In this document: positions 11,226 to 25,500 of the stretch, in pieces
Layout: each line of letters starts with the position of its first letter
Numbering within the stretch: position 1 is the stretch's first letter
Assembly: GCA_043228905.1 (NCBI GenBank)
Contig: JBHGNT010000001.1
Coordinates: 1,302,001 to 1,366,000 of the forward strand
DNA: 64,000 bases
DNA from: Azolla caroliniana
Taxonomy: Eukaryota > Plantae > Polypodiophyta
Direction: 5' to 3'
Notes under the pieces: generated by a model
Seen by the model: only the letters and a program-made list of their open reading frames with translations
Databases searched by the model: none
What the model was told of the DNA's origin: nothing
Position numbers and translations under genes: made by a program

Positions 11226-14200
11226 CTATGTATATAGATTTGGGATGCTCTCATTATCATCATAAGAGCTTTGGTCGACATAGATTGAGATTGTTGCTTG
11301 CACAGGTGTGTCACTAGTTACCATGATGTTATTTTGAGTGACTAATTCAAGGGCATGGTGGGGATAGGACTTCATACCAAATGGGGTATTGTCATTATGG
11401 TTAGTGGTACTAGGTGAAGCAAAGAAAGAATAGTGAACATGAGCAAAAGAGTTAGGAAAGAGAAGTGTTTGCGATAGATCAAATGTCCAGTTAGTACCAA
11501 ATCCTATTGTGGAAGCTCGTGCTCGAGTAGAACGAAGTGCCATACCTATCACTGAATTGTCAGCAATAGATGTTTGTTTGACTTGAGAAAAATTTCCAAT
11601 GACTTGAACTATTGGAACCCCATGACCATTCCCAGAGAACATGTTATGGGCAATTGAAAGGCCAAATACAACAGGTTGTGACGAAGAAGGTGGAGCTTTC
11701 AATAGAACATATGCATCACCTAAGAAGAAGCTATTAGTGATAGTGATTTGTTTACTCTCTTCGAGAGTGATTCCGGTGTAATCCATGTAGCAACCAAGCA
11801 TTCTAGTTTGGTCAGCTCCTTGTCTAACAATGATGCCAACACCACCCCATCGTGTTGCTTTATTATAGAAATGTACACCTATTAATATTATACAAGAAAA
11901 TATGACAGCATGGTTAGTTTTTTTTTTAAGGAAGATACACCTTAGTATATTACTTGAAAAGTCTACATAAGAAAAACAGAAGGAGACATTTCATCTTACT
12001 TCTTTTTGTAAGATACAAAACCTAGTACATCTGATGATATAGATGATGTCATATATGAAGACATGGTTAGTTAACTTGTATGGAATGCTTTTCTAGATAT
12101 TTTAAACATACATGAGTCAATGATCATAATGGACATGATGAATACATAATCTATCATTAGTAAATTCATTTTGGATAAAAGTCTTAAGCTTAATGAAGAA
12201 CTGCTTGAGGAACCATCGTGATTGTCTATATGTCCTTTTTTCAATGAGGCATTTTGTATTGTGAATTCCAAAAAGGATTCCAAGCTCGATAAGTGAGGTA
12301 GTGTAAAGAATATAAATCAAACTTTACTGTATAAAAAAAGCTCCAAAAGTTAGGGAATTGAAAACATAACTTTATTATATTGTGTCAAACTTTTGTTTTG
12401 GAGGCTAGTTTAGAGTTTTATGATTTGGAGGCTACTACCCTTACACTCTCATAGGGAATGTCAAATAGTTGCAGGTTCATAGGCTACGATCCTTACACTC
12501 TCATAGAGAACGTCAATTAGTTTAAGCAACATGTTGGTGTTAGTGTGCACATGTGTTGAATTTGCCATTCTTGCATCAACATGACAGTCATTGTTCATTT
12601 ACGATGTCAATATGCATCATGTAACAATAGCATGAATAAGGTGTTAGATATTTGGGATGCCACAACTCCATAATAGAGTCCTCATCCGGATTTCCGATTG
12701 ATTCCCGAGGGCACTTTAGTTAGATATTTGGGATGCCAAGTAGGTTTGAATATTTCTTCAAAAATTCAGATTACTTCTTTCCTATTGAAAATTAGGAAAA
12801 AACTATTGTTTTTGAGTAAAGCTAAACTATCATTTGCAGGTACAATGATAGTAGTTAATCAAGTTTTATTGTCTAGCCTCTGGTATATTATGTCATGTTA
12901 GAGTTTTTCCAGATAATGTATGGTACTATTACAAAGATTGATCCATAATTATTTGTGGTCTGGTAATGATGGAAGCCACGCCAAGGCAAAGGTCTCTTCG
13001 TCCACAATTGTTAAGCCATTGGATCAGGAAGGATTAGGGATTGATGATCCATTACATCAATCCAAAGCTTTGATTGCAAAATTGGCGATTCGGGGATTGT
13101 TGCCAAGATCAGAACCTTGGAAACAATTGTTGTTTTATGAATTGCAAAAGTTTTGTCCCAAAACTGGTGGCGATTGGAGGCCTAGTTTTAGATGGGCTTT
13201 TATGGAGCATAATAAGTTGGCTATTGCAACAAACTGGGAAGACATATTTGCTCAATATGTTGTTAATGCATGGAAAGTTGTTTCTCTTAATTTAGTTAAG
13301 AGATTGCCAAAAACAGAATCTGAATTCTGTAGACAACCCCTGATTTAGAATTCATGGTTGACTGACCAAAGAGGACAAATGTTGGGAAGACATACTAGAT
13401 GTGCATGGGCAGAATTAGATCATGGCCCAGCACAGTCTATATGTGCATGGACAACATTTCTATCTAAACCTATAGATCAACAAATGTTACTGATTAGTAA
13501 TATAAGGGTGGGAAGATAATGTATTATGCAATACAAAATGCCCTTTTTAATATTTAGATGCAAACTGGATCTACTGCACAAAAGTGGATGGGTTTATTTA
13601 CTCCATTGGATGTTTTAATTGGAGTTAAAGCCTATATTGGGGAACAAGAGTGTATGATTTTTGATGTACAAGATGATGGTAGGTTATCTTAGAGCTAAGG
13701 AACATAATTTGTTTAGGTTTTGTTTGCATAAAGAAGTGACGATGATTGCAAATGATGGATCAAATTGGGTCTTAGACCTGGATCCTCAAAAGGTGAATTC
13801 TTTTTTGAGGATTTGGATTATGGAAAGGAGACCAATATCTAGATTAACTTGGGATCCTAGAGAACTATATTGGAAAGTGTGGGTGCAAGATCATATAAAA
13901 TATGTGCCTTTCTTTCAATATTTTGTGAAGATTGGTAGGAAAATATTAGGTGCTAGATCTTGGAAAGAGCTAACTGCAAATGTTTTTTGGAAACAAAATG
14001 GACTTTCTCCACAACATCTCAAACAATTTTGGAAATGGCTATGGGGTATAAAAATGAGTAGGAAAATTGTTTGTTTTCGGTGGTTGTTGGTTCATAAAGC
14101 TATACTAGTTAATGGGTGACGAAAAGGAAATGTAGACAAGATGTGTCATTTCTATACGGATTTAGTAGAGACTGCTAAACATTGTTTATGGAGTTGTGGT

Positions 14201-17200
14201 TTTGCTATGGACATATGGAAACGAATAATAAAATTATTAACTCAAGTATATCCTAGAGCACTGTATGCATGGCGTGTAGTATTACGGGCGGTGGTACATG
14301 ATAAACCTATGGTATATGAATAGGAGGAGGTTGCACATGGTATTGTGATGAGATATGGTTTGATGGAAAAAAATTTATCCCTTTGAATCCACAAATGCAA
14401 ACAGATAAACCTCAAATATGGCAATTGGTAAGTAGTATTACAAATTGGTATATTTGGAAGGCTCGATGTTTGAAGGTATTTCAAAATATGATTGGAAGAC
14501 CGTCCCAAATAATTTCGGGAATTTGGATAGAGATTGTGCATAATCTCAAAGGATTGTTGGATAGTATAAAAGGTAATACTCACCAAGCGGAGTTTAAGCG
14601 TTTGGAGTTTCATGCCGTTTGGGACATAGGTATATTTTATAGACGGCTTGTTTATAAGGAGCGGTTTTACTCAGCACCAAAGTATTTATTTAAGCTGATG
14701 GTTAGAATTTAGAAAAATACAAGGGATTTGTGGTATATCTTGTATTTATAGCCTTATGGCGTTTTCTAATACTAATGTAGTATCTTTTTATCAAAAAAAG
14801 AAAAAGAAAAAGGATGAATAAGTTGTTACAATAAATTAGATCCATACTACAATTAGGATTGCAACCTCAAGCCCTTACAAGTGATAAATTGGACCATCGA
14901 GAGAGCATAAATCAAGTACGATTCTACCATATCATGCATTCTGCTAATACTCTATTATTTTTGTCCCAAGGTGTATACCAACCTATGAGGGACTAGAGCC
15001 TCAAGATACCCATAACAAGAGAAATGTGCCTTAGGATAAAGGAAATGTCCCATAGATTGCCATTAGTGTGAAATTCTCACTAAAATATCGTAAATGTTTC
15101 ATCTTTATTTAATGATTTTTTTTATTGTTTAGGATAAATAGCCATGTAATAACCTCAAACCATAAATACATTGGCCACTAAAATAGAATAGAAAAAAAAG
15201 GTATAGGTTTTATGTCATCATGATAATGGAACTTCATACATCCCATCCCCACCAATGGAAAAGGCAACATGACCACACTAAATTGAGACGGCACATTAGC
15301 ATAAGATATGCTTAGCACACCTAGATTTTGTGTATCATTGTTGATGAGGAATCATAGGAGCATGGTTCACCATTGAAGAATGTGCCATGTCAATGTACAT
15401 AGTACACCCTAAACAAAGGTGATACATATGTTGTACTACTATTCTTGGTCAGTGTGAAGGAGATGGAGCTACACTATGCAACATATAGGCCATATCATCA
15501 AATATATTTGGCGAATGGAGCTCACATGCTCCATTTAGCCAAGAGGTATATTCAAGATGTGTGCATGTAGCATGTCCATTATCTTATAGAGATATTATTG
15601 TAGAGCATGTTTGTAGGTGTATGCTATGGAAATGTTGTACATATATAAGCTAATAGAATAAGATAAATGTTTCGATTGAGGTACAAAACATTCACTACAA
15701 TGTCTTCTTTTAAAATTGGACATGTGATGGGTTATGTCAAAGTTTTTCTCAAACTGCTTTACATTAGTACGTGTGAGTTAGTGTATGGTTGCATCTCAAC
15801 AATGCATAATTTCATAATTCTGGAATTGCGGGACAAAAAAGGAATAGGTAACAACCAATGTTCCAAATGTATTGATCACAACTCTACCAACAAGTTTTGT
15901 TGACTTGGGTTTCATTAGAGTTCAAGTATCAATAACACTTCAATGGGTTTGTCTATCCAATGAATATAGAGAAGACTTGGCTAAGCCAAAAGAATACACA
16001 TTATGTGTCGAGAAACAATTGTACACAACAATTTCATTTACAAGTGTTGATGAAGTTGTCATGAAAACAACATAATAATATATATCTATATATTTGATAA
16101 AACGTGATGTGAAATGTCTTCAATGTTATCAAATTAAAGGAATATACACATAAGTTAATAATGTGAGCAGTAGTACCTGTTATGATGTTGGCTTGGCCAG
16201 CAATTTCAACACCAATAGCAGCTGAGAAGATGACAACATCAGTGACGGCATTATCATTACCTGCAAGGAGGATGGCAGTGCCGGAGAAAGAGGATTCCAA
16301 GGGGTCAGCGCCAATTGTGATATGTTGACCCAAAAATGAGTGATGGATGAGTGTCTCATGGCCACCTTGAACGTTGATACCCACACTTGACTTGGCAAAA
16401 TGCATGAAGTAGCAATTGCTAATGGTCGTGCGTAGTGCATTCAACAACAAGATACCACCTGCACTATAATTTCCATCCAACAATAAGTCCTTGAAGTGTA
16501 TGTTCTCAAATGCTGCAGGTGTTTGCCATGCTTGTACACCTCCTCCTGTGTTGTCCTTCTTCTTTCTTTCTTCCCACTCTTCCCTCAACTCTGTTGTTGC
16601 CACCTCAACTAAATACCCATCTAATGGAAATGTCCCTGATGCCCTTATAGTTCCTCCATGCACCTATATTATTCATGCACAAGGAAATCAACTTCTAGCA
16701 TTTTTTACATTGACAACATTATGTGCTTCAACCTTGCTAGTGTGTTTAAAGCTTTTTACCTCAATATTGTGTGCAACATTAGAAGCATTTTAAAAAAAGA
16801 AGGAATAATGTTTTAACATCATAAACCTCTTAGATCATGCAACATTATACTTTTGTCTTTGTATCCTAGGAAAGGTATTGGCCACCCCTTCCTCCTACCT
16901 CTTCCTCCTATGCATATACATAGATACATTGCACACTCATTGTAAGATTATAGATGTAGTTATGTCCCAAAGTGAGTTGCGGGGCAAAGGTATTCGATGT
17001 TTCTCGATGTACATCTTCAAAGCTCATAAAATAAAACAATGGTTTAAAATATGTTGAATGTCCTTTTACCCATTGATATTATTATGATGCATTCATCCAC
17101 ATCAAAGATGCAACATGTCTTGCCTACAAATCTTGAGCATTAAAATTATGTTGACTTACCACGACATTTCCTCCCCCAGAATCTGGGAAAGTTAGAGGTT

Positions 17201-19623
17201 TGCTAATAACATATTGACCCCCTCCTAAGTGAATCTCAACTCCACCAAGGTCTACTATGCCAGGCATGAGGACATGAGTTGATGCAACATCAAATGCTTG
17301 ATTGATTGTTTGTTGAAGTGCAATTGTGCTATCAGATCCACCAGTTGGATCAGCCCCATTATCTGTAGGGAAGAAAATCCTTGGGTTGTTTGCCAATATC
17401 TACCATATAAGCACAATTTGCTATATTAGTAAGGTGTTGATCAAAACATTTTCATCTACATATTAGCACAATTTTTAGAAATTTATTATAATAAAATATA
17501 ACTACTCTTTTTTATCAAATTTGTGAATTAAATAAATTAAATAAATCATGAACAATGTTTCTTGTTAGCATAACACATAGTAATATCAATTATTGAAGGG
17601 TCATTTCATTGAAATATGGGCTTATTTTCTTCTTTATAGAAATGGTATCACTTACGAATGTATCAATTCATGTGGTTTAGGGTTTATTCAATATGATGTG
17701 TATAATTCAAACTTCTATTAACTAGTTATAACATTTAATTGATTAGTCTAAATTTTGAGTTTCATATACATACTATCAACCGGAGGTTGGAGCATTAATA
17801 TGTGCAAGTTGCAACTTAACATCTAGCCTAACATATCACCGAACTATCAAAAACCTAAACCATGAACAAAGGTGGAAAATCAAGCTTAACTCATTTGATT
17901 CTCAATTGTATTATAATCACTTAAATTTTCAATGGACCTATTTTTTCATGTTACCTATTTGGCCAATGCAAATGTTGGACATGATTTCCTAAACGGAATT
18001 AAATTGCAAATCAACTGTTTATTACATTGTGGTTTTCTAATGGTGTGCTTTCAGTTTCTTTATATTGTTTCACTAATATTTCATTGGATTCTGAATAACG
18101 TGGTAGGTAGTGTCTTCAATGAGCATTGACCGAAACTTTTTACATTGGACCGAAATTCAAATGAAGATATGAACCACGATAATTGTATTGTCGTGAAAGA
18201 GAACAAAGGGAAGAAAAAAAGGTACATTATACCCTCATGAGTCCTATTTGATTTGTATCAAAACTTCATGGTTAAAAAATGCAACATTGAGATACACACT
18301 TTGCTAGGAAAATTAAAGGAAAAGGAAAAGGAAAAGGAAAAGGAAAGTGGAAATATATCATTTTCACTAAGAAAAACAACTAGAGCACGCCGCGTATATG
18401 GTGATCCCCTTTGTGTATGACACCACTCCTCAAGTTTGCCAATAAATAAAACCAGCCTAAATTTCAAAATATATTGTTTTTATCGTTACAAAATTGGTCT
18501 TAAGTAGACTAATAAAGCAAAACTTTCAAAATAAATTGAAATCTTGTGTCAATACAAAAAATGTTAGCTAAATAAGGTCATACATGTAATTCCTAAGTCA
18601 ATGAAAAAAGTTAAAAGCACAATAGAATCATGGGTGGGTATATGTCCACATTCAATCAACATTATTCACATGAAATCTAAAAGTATTTTACCATTCAAAG
18701 TGAGACTAACATAGGTAAAAGTATTCACATTTACACCACAAAATTATGAAGCTACGAGGAGATACAAGCATGTCGCGATATGATTTTCTTTGTTCCTTAC
18801 TAACTATGATTTGACTACCCATTGTGTTGGTATTAGAATGATTCCATCAAATGAAAAAAGCCAACCTTTCATTGAAGAGATTAGACCCAAGTTAAATAAA
18901 AAGAAACTTCAAAATATATTGAATTTCTTTAATAATATTATGTCTGAGTTGTTGTAAATGTAGGTGCCTAATTTGAAGTTCAATGCTCACCCTCTACTTA
19001 AACATCACTATGGATTAACTTGGAGTAACTTGGCCTAGAAGTGTCTGGAAAACTTTGAAGTAGATAATGGTGTTACAACATTTTTCGGAAATGGATATTA
19101 AATGTTTCATCCCTAAATACTTACACGATTTATGTTCTTCCAAAATTCTAAGGTATCGAAGACACACATTTGATCATCTTATGTCAATTTCCTAGTGGCA
19201 TTGAACATTTTACATCTACTAACCACTGAAACAAAGTATATTTATGGGATGAGAGGGAGTTTTTGTGCCCAAACATTCTGACTATTGCAGAGGGGCCACA
19301 TGTGTGTACTAGCCTAACTAGATTAAATGAATATTGAGTGTGCATGTGTGTACATGCCATGCGAGATTAGGACAGTGACTAATTATCTTAACATAAACAT
19401 ATTTTTGTAATAGATAAGATTGAGGGACAAATATGCATACCTGAGAGCTCTTGGACTGGGTGTGATGCCATTGGGAAGACACGAGGAGTTGAGCATTTTG
19501 TATGTTGAGATGTCCATGATGTTTGTTAAGCCAAATACTAGCACAACTAGAATATTCCACCACCACAACCGGCAAAAACAACAATAGCAATGACACAATT
19601 CTTGTCATCACTCTTCTTCCCAT
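11226..19623 (-). CDS. QRT3: QUARTET3-like polygalacturonase (pectate_lyase_3 beta-helix), ~520 aa; exons 19623-19441, 17399-17160, 16663-16177, 11878-11226
   Basis: N-terminal hydrophobic signal. Motifs GADPTGGSDST, HGGTIRAS, GHETLIHHSFLGQHITIG, SGTAILLAGNDNAVTDVVIFSA, GVHFYNKAT, YMDYTGI. All junctions GT-AG with consistent phases; total 1563 nt. Confidence 0.92.
12647..14813 (+). mobile_element. 5'-truncated L1-type LINE (RT C-terminus + zf-RVT + 3' UTR + A-rich tail) in QRT3 intron 3, antisense to host
   Basis: RYLGCQVG...LSFAG..VVNQVLLS; KIVCFRWLLVHKAI; ETAKHCLWSC; WYIWKARC. A-rich tail 14793-14811. TSD ATGAATAAG(G/T)TGTTA at 12632-12646 and 14814-14828 (14/15). Confidence 0.92.
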
Positions 19624-20862
19624 TTCTCTACTTCTTGATTAATAAGGTTGAGAATAAACGTATCCTTCAATTAATGTGCACCTTGCTTATGTAACCCAAA
19701 AAACATAAGAAATCAATCATTAATTAATTATAAATTGATCTAAGTTGGATTACCAATTTAGACCAATAAAGATGAATTAATTAATATTAAACTATGATTA
19801 GGGAATTAATTGAATTTGAAACATGGTTAGGGAGCTCCTTATGATTTAAATGCATGATTATAGGGAGTTAATTGGTCTAATAACGTGATTGGAGAAGGTT
19901 AACTAGGGAAGAAAGAGTAAGTAAAAGAAAATACCATGGAATTGGAAGAGCAAAAAGAAAGAAGATGAGTCTTTTTGTGTTTTTATGTCATTTTTTTAAC
20001 CCAAAACAAAGATGGTTATGTTTGGGGACACCTCTCCTCTTTATTTTAAGAGGAAAGGGGGTGGGGAGGTTAAAAAAGAAAAGAAAAGAAAAGAAAGTAA
20101 AGTTTTAAAAAAAATTGTCATGCAAAGGGAATGAATCTAACACTTCCAAACTTACTCTCTCTTCGGTGCATATCACAAATCCATCTACTTAGCATGTGGA
20201 GGAGGAATGCATAACCAAAACAATAATAGTGACCTAAAACCTACAATACATGCATGATTTTCTCAAATGGACATGTGTATCTAGGGAGAGAAAAAGAGAC
20301 ATACGAAGAGAGGCGGGGTGTGTATGTTGTTCACACGCATGTGTACACCAAGCAACCAATGGGACCATAGTCTCCTCGAGAGTATCATGAGGTTTGACCC
20401 ACTCATATGTCATGTATGTTGAGAGAGGGACATGTGTCTATATGTTCACATGAACATGCACAAAAGAGAGATATACGTTTCTATTATCTTCTTTACAAGT
20501 CAAGCATAACTTGTAATACCAAATTGAAACATTTTGCGTTGAGCTTATAATTGTATTCTCTCTCTCAAACATACAATCATATTAGTTGCATACAAAAAAA
20601 CAATATAATGACACTACAACTAATTTAGTGTTGTTGTTACATAAGTAACGGGACACATTGAAGCATCAATAAGTAAGAATACTCATACATTAGAGAATTG
20701 TTTTCTTGCTCCAATCAACAAATTTGCCACCTCAATCCTCCCTTCAACTTTCATGGATGTGCTCAAACCCCATGCCTACTGTCAAAGCCTGGAAAACATT
20801 GAACATATCCCAATTATGTCACAACCTCTAGTAGCTAAAAAACAAAAAAAAGTCATGGATAC

Positions 20863-21190
20863 TCACGGAATGTGTGCATTGGCATATTTCCACCTCAGAC
20901 TAGAAGTTGTATCCAAAAATAAGTGAAGTCCTTGCGATTGTTTCTTAAAGGCCACTTGACGTTGCCATAGAACATCAATCGATCCCTGCAAATCATCATA
21001 TTGACCATGTATTGTGTGGACAAATAACATCCAAAATTCAATAAGCATGGTGCGGAGATGTATGCGAGCATTGTTAAAAACAACATCACATCTCGCTTTC
21101 CATATTATCCAAAGATGCATAACTTGTAGTTATTGCTCCACTTGTTTCATATATGTCATCATCTGTTTGATCAGATTCTTATACTAGCCT
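20863..21190 (-). mobile_element. L1 LINE 3'-end relic
   Basis: LWIIWKARCDVVFNN...FWMLFVHTIHGQYD resembles the WYIWKARCLKVFQN...VHNLKG motif of the other LINEs. Confidence 0.7.
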
Positions 21191-21599
21191 TTGTATCACA
21201 ATAGAAGTGAGATGAAATGTCTCCTTTTGTTTTCTCCATGTACAGTTCTCAAGTAATATACTAATGTGCATCTTTCTTTTAAAAAAGAAATGTGTGCATT
21301 GACATATATGGGATAATCAATGAGCTAGATCTTATACTTGTGTTGAAACTTCAGTGCATTTTTTCCAAAAACATTGAACTTTAAATGCAAATTCACATAC
21401 TCCCTAAAGGATTCTAGGTTGGAGCATATACAATGTACTCTCCTTGATATGAGCAAAAAGCCAAGACAACGAAGAGGACAAAGGGGGAAGCATGCTTGGA
21501 TAAGAAGTCATTGGATGATTCTCTATTGTTAAAGATGATGAGCATGAATACTACATGTAGCATAAACTAATGACGCCTGATGATGTCCCCACTTTTATA

Positions 21600-22060
21600 G
21601 TTGAATGAGGCATTCCTCATCATGATTCTATGTTTATGCTTATTTAGATAGAAGCCAATGTTTTGTCGATAAAGAAGATGCTATTTCTTACTTCAAAGAC
21701 AAGGTAGAGGTCATTATCTTTGGTGACATGAATACTCACACAAGAATTTGGCTACAAAATACACAAAAATCGTTTGTGTCACGTAGATCAAGGATTCAAG
21801 AGGATATAAACATGGATTGTTGCTCTTCTATGGATGAGAAGGATCACACTCAATATGGAAAGCTACTTCTACAAATGTGCAAGAACATCGTAATGCTTGG
21901 TGTATCAATATGGAATAATATCAACAGTTTTACGTGTGGAAAACATGAAGGTAATAGTATGATTGCTTGTATGATATTCTCATAAGGTATCTCCATGCAT
22001 AAAATTTTCACTTGGACAAAACTCCAAAACGGGATCATAGGACTTTATATACTGATCTAA
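21600..22060 (+). mobile_element. degenerate LINE APE-endonuclease fragment
   Basis: EVIIFGDMNTHT (GDFN-type motif)...YGKLLLQMC...SFTC...GNSMI matches the Exo_endo_phos pattern; decayed. Confidence 0.6.
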
Positions 22061-22372
22061 ATGTATGGAAGGAATTGAGCATATGAAGTTAAACCATAGA
22101 AAAAGAAATATATTTCAGCATAGACTTTAGAAGAGCATATATGTATGCCAAGTTTCAAATGAAGGATATATGATAATGAAGGATAGGCTATATAAGGCAA
22201 AGTTTCAAATGGTGTTGTTGAACAAAGTTATTTTCAATATTTTATCTATTGGAGCATTTGGAGATGATCTCCTTGACATTGTGTTCTTTTTGCCTCTTGA
22301 TTCTTCAACATGTCCCATTACCCATGTCACAGTAACACTAAAGTAGTTGTAGTATAAGAGAGTAGTGTTCGC

Positions 22373-22490
22373 AGAGAGAGAGAGAGAGAGAGAGAGGTGA
22401 GATGAAATGTCTCCTTCTATTTTCTATACGTACATTTCTCAAGTAATATACTAAGGCGTATCTTTCTTAGAGAGAGAGAGAGAGAGAGAG
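22373..22490. repeat. (AG)n tracts flanking a ~72-bp segment also present at 21207-21278
   Basis: GTGAGATGAAATGTCTCCTT...TTCTCAAGTAATATACTAA...ATCTTTCTT occurs twice. Confidence 0.8.
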
Positions 22491-22499
22491 TTAGGAAGT

Positions 22500-23300
22500 T
22501 GAAGAAATTAGACGTTTGGAATATATTTTTGTTTGTGCCATTGGAAAAAGTCTTCTTAGTTGGGTGTCCTTGGGTTATATTTGTCTGCTTCCAATACTTG
22601 CCCATTTAGCAAGCACCTCAAAGTTACTTTTTGAAGTCTTCTTGCATACAATTGGTATAAGTTTATAACTTAGTGTTTTCATGAAAAAAGAGAGGCAATG
22701 ACTTGTTGTTTGATAAGTTCTCATAATATATCGACTTGAGAACCATGAGGTAATTGGTACAATGCCCAAAACGTAATCAACGGATGTCTAATATGGTGGT
22801 CTATGATAAGTATAACTTTCCTTTCACTGTCATGGAATCCATTCTTGATTACAAATTTGCCGTCCATCACGTGTTATCGAATGATCAAGAATGTTGTACA
22901 ATTTTTATTTTTATTTTCCAAAAAAAGATACTACATTAGTATTAATGTTGTACAATATTGTTTCATCGACAATAGAAATTGTAGTTCTATGAAAAGTAGA
23001 ATGCTCAAGGAGCATTACAATGCAAGTAGGGAAGCATGATATTTATCAAATCTCTGTTTGTTAAATTGAGGTATTTGCATGGCTTGCCTAGTATATCACA
23101 ACTTGTAACATCTATAAGATTGAGGGTTACAAATTGCATATTTATGAAAGGTGGGGACATAGAACTAGGAATTCTCATGTAATTTGGCATGCATATACAT
23201 CATAGAGACAAATTATATATGTTAGAAACAAGGAGAAACTACTGAAAGCTTTCTCATGAGTGGAGATTGTAGGCATCAGTATGGTCCATCAAAAGTTTAT
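22500..23300 (-). mobile_element. possible decayed non-LTR retroelement 3' region
   Basis: Weak similarity only (RTYQTTSHCL resembles the RTSSHxL motif at LINE ORF2 ends); many stops. Confidence 0.35.
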
Positions 23301-24979
23301 AGCATGTAGGTTGAATCTACAAACAAACTACTATGTTCCCTCGAATCTTTACAATTATAGGATTATGAAGAGAGGGAAGGAAAAGACGTCGTATGTGTTC
23401 ATTTCGAGAGGATGTGTTAGGATTTGTTACATACATATGAATGATTAGGAATTTAAGTACATTCAAGCAATAATGTTGTTAGGTTGATACCCATATTGTA
23501 GAAGTCCACATATTCTAAGTCATTTGACCTAAAAGGCATCGATGTCACAATAATTAAGGAGACGCGATGAAATTGAAGTTCTCATTTGAAATGAATAAAG
23601 TATTAAAAAACTTCATATAGTTTATGATTCTTCTATTGAAATATTGTAGTCATGACATTAAAATTTAAACCATTACAACATTTAAAAAAGGTCGTCATTC
23701 TAAACAAAGCTACTTTGCCTCCAAAAGAATATAATTTAGTTCCCCAAGTACAAATATTGTGTATTAAAGATAAGAGATGGTAGAGGGATAGGTAAGGAGG
23801 GAATGATGTTCTATTTACATGATGGTAACAACACTTTTGATCATAACCTAAACGAATGAACTTGTTATAATATTAACATAGATTAGAAAAACAATTGTAT
23901 AATGCACTTATTCGAAATTCATTACTAAAATAGTCAAATGGAATATAAAAGAATGTAGAAGGTGTGTGACTTCCTTTTACTTTACCTACCTACTCGAGGA
24001 CCCTGACTTTACCATGCTTCTTCCAACCATGTGAAATAAATTTCCTTAAAACGTCAATCAACTACTCTGACTAACGTTGAGAGAAACGTCCAAATATTCA
24101 AAACATTGTGTGTCATCATTTGGGGTTACATATTCAAGCAAGAAGTTGATGTGATTTAACGAGTACATATTTTAAAAGAGAAGTCTCAACTTTATTTTAC
24201 TAAGCGCTAAAATCCAATAGCATATTATTGCATGTTATCAATATTCTAAATTTTTTCCTTTAAAATAATGGAATTCCTAATGACTACCAGTCTACCCTTC
24301 CCAAATTCTATTAGGTGTTCTATATTTACTCGTACATGTGTCTTAGCATGATACTACATTTTTCATCTCTATAAGAAACTATCTTCCATGATTTCACCTA
24401 GCTTATACCTTAACCACATTCAGTTTACAAATTTCTCCAAGTATTTGCTCAAAACAACATCTTGCCTTAGAAAACTTGCTTATCACAAGAACAATGAACA
24501 GAGACTAGGAGAGAAAAAGTAGGAACAAGTTGGCCAAGGATAAGGATGAGAGACAAAAGAGTAGGAGGGCTGATACATATGCAATAAGCAAACATGAAAA
24601 AGAATTTAGGAAGATTATGTAAAAAAGTTGTTTACGTGAATTTATTATATAAACATAAAATATTTCCATGCAATAATGTATTGAGAGATAAATTTGCCAA
24701 GTGAAACACATAAATACACATCTAGGTTATGGTGCATATGAGATACTATGCTACGTATGTATATCTGGCAATATCGATCCCATGAACTGCATTGTATGCT
24801 AGATGTGATTATACAAAGCAAGAACAAGCCATTCGATCACGATGGATATTTAAAGCATAAAAGTAGACGACACATTATGTGTCAAAGCGCAATGTGAATG
24901 TTTCACCTTTATATGAGATCACATTAAGACTTCAATACATGGATTACTAACAACTCATGGTGAGTCTTGGCATCCTATG

Positions 24980-25500
24980 CATAAAACAATGTTTGTCTAT
25001 CCTTACTCAACAAACATATGTTTGAACAACTTATTAATTCTCTATCACCAACTTGAGCAAACTCCACCCTTGGAGCTTGGGGATGGAGATGAGTATGAAC
25101 TCGATGAGAAAACAACTTTGGTAGTCTTGTGGAAGTGCTACCCATTGTCAAACTCCACAATTATTAGAATTCAAGGAGGAAGGATAAGGGTGGTGCAACG
25201 AAGTCATATGGAAATTCCTTATATGTCAAAGGTAGTGTAAGAGGTATGGGTGCTGCTATGCACCACCACAATGTGCTTTATTTGGACTATTAGATATTCT
25301 AAGGTGTTTGATAATACTATTGTGCATCTAGTGGGAAGTATATGGAACGTCTAGATGTAGATGGTGCATACCTTGAAAGGGTGGTATGATGAAATTCAAG
25401 GTGAGATAGATGTTGCAATGTTGCAACTCTTCAAATTTATCGCCTATTAGAAGAAGGGCCCTTTTCTCGCACTACAAATGCAAGACCCATGTGGTGATTA
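24980..25500 (+). mobile_element. L1 LINE 3'-end relic
   Basis: VWVLLCTTTMCFIWTIRYSKVFDN...MVHTLKGWYDEIQG parallels the C-terminal motif of the L1 copies. Confidence 0.6.

Noticed and set aside
12430-12522. Short imperfect intronic duplications (also ~42661/42735 and ~49000-49125)
   Set aside because: Ordinary slippage-type duplications with no further structure.
15510-15540. Small hairpin GGCGAATGGAGC-TCACAT-GCTCCATTTAGCC as a Helitron 3' end
   Set aside because: No CTRR terminus at the expected distance and no other Helitron evidence.
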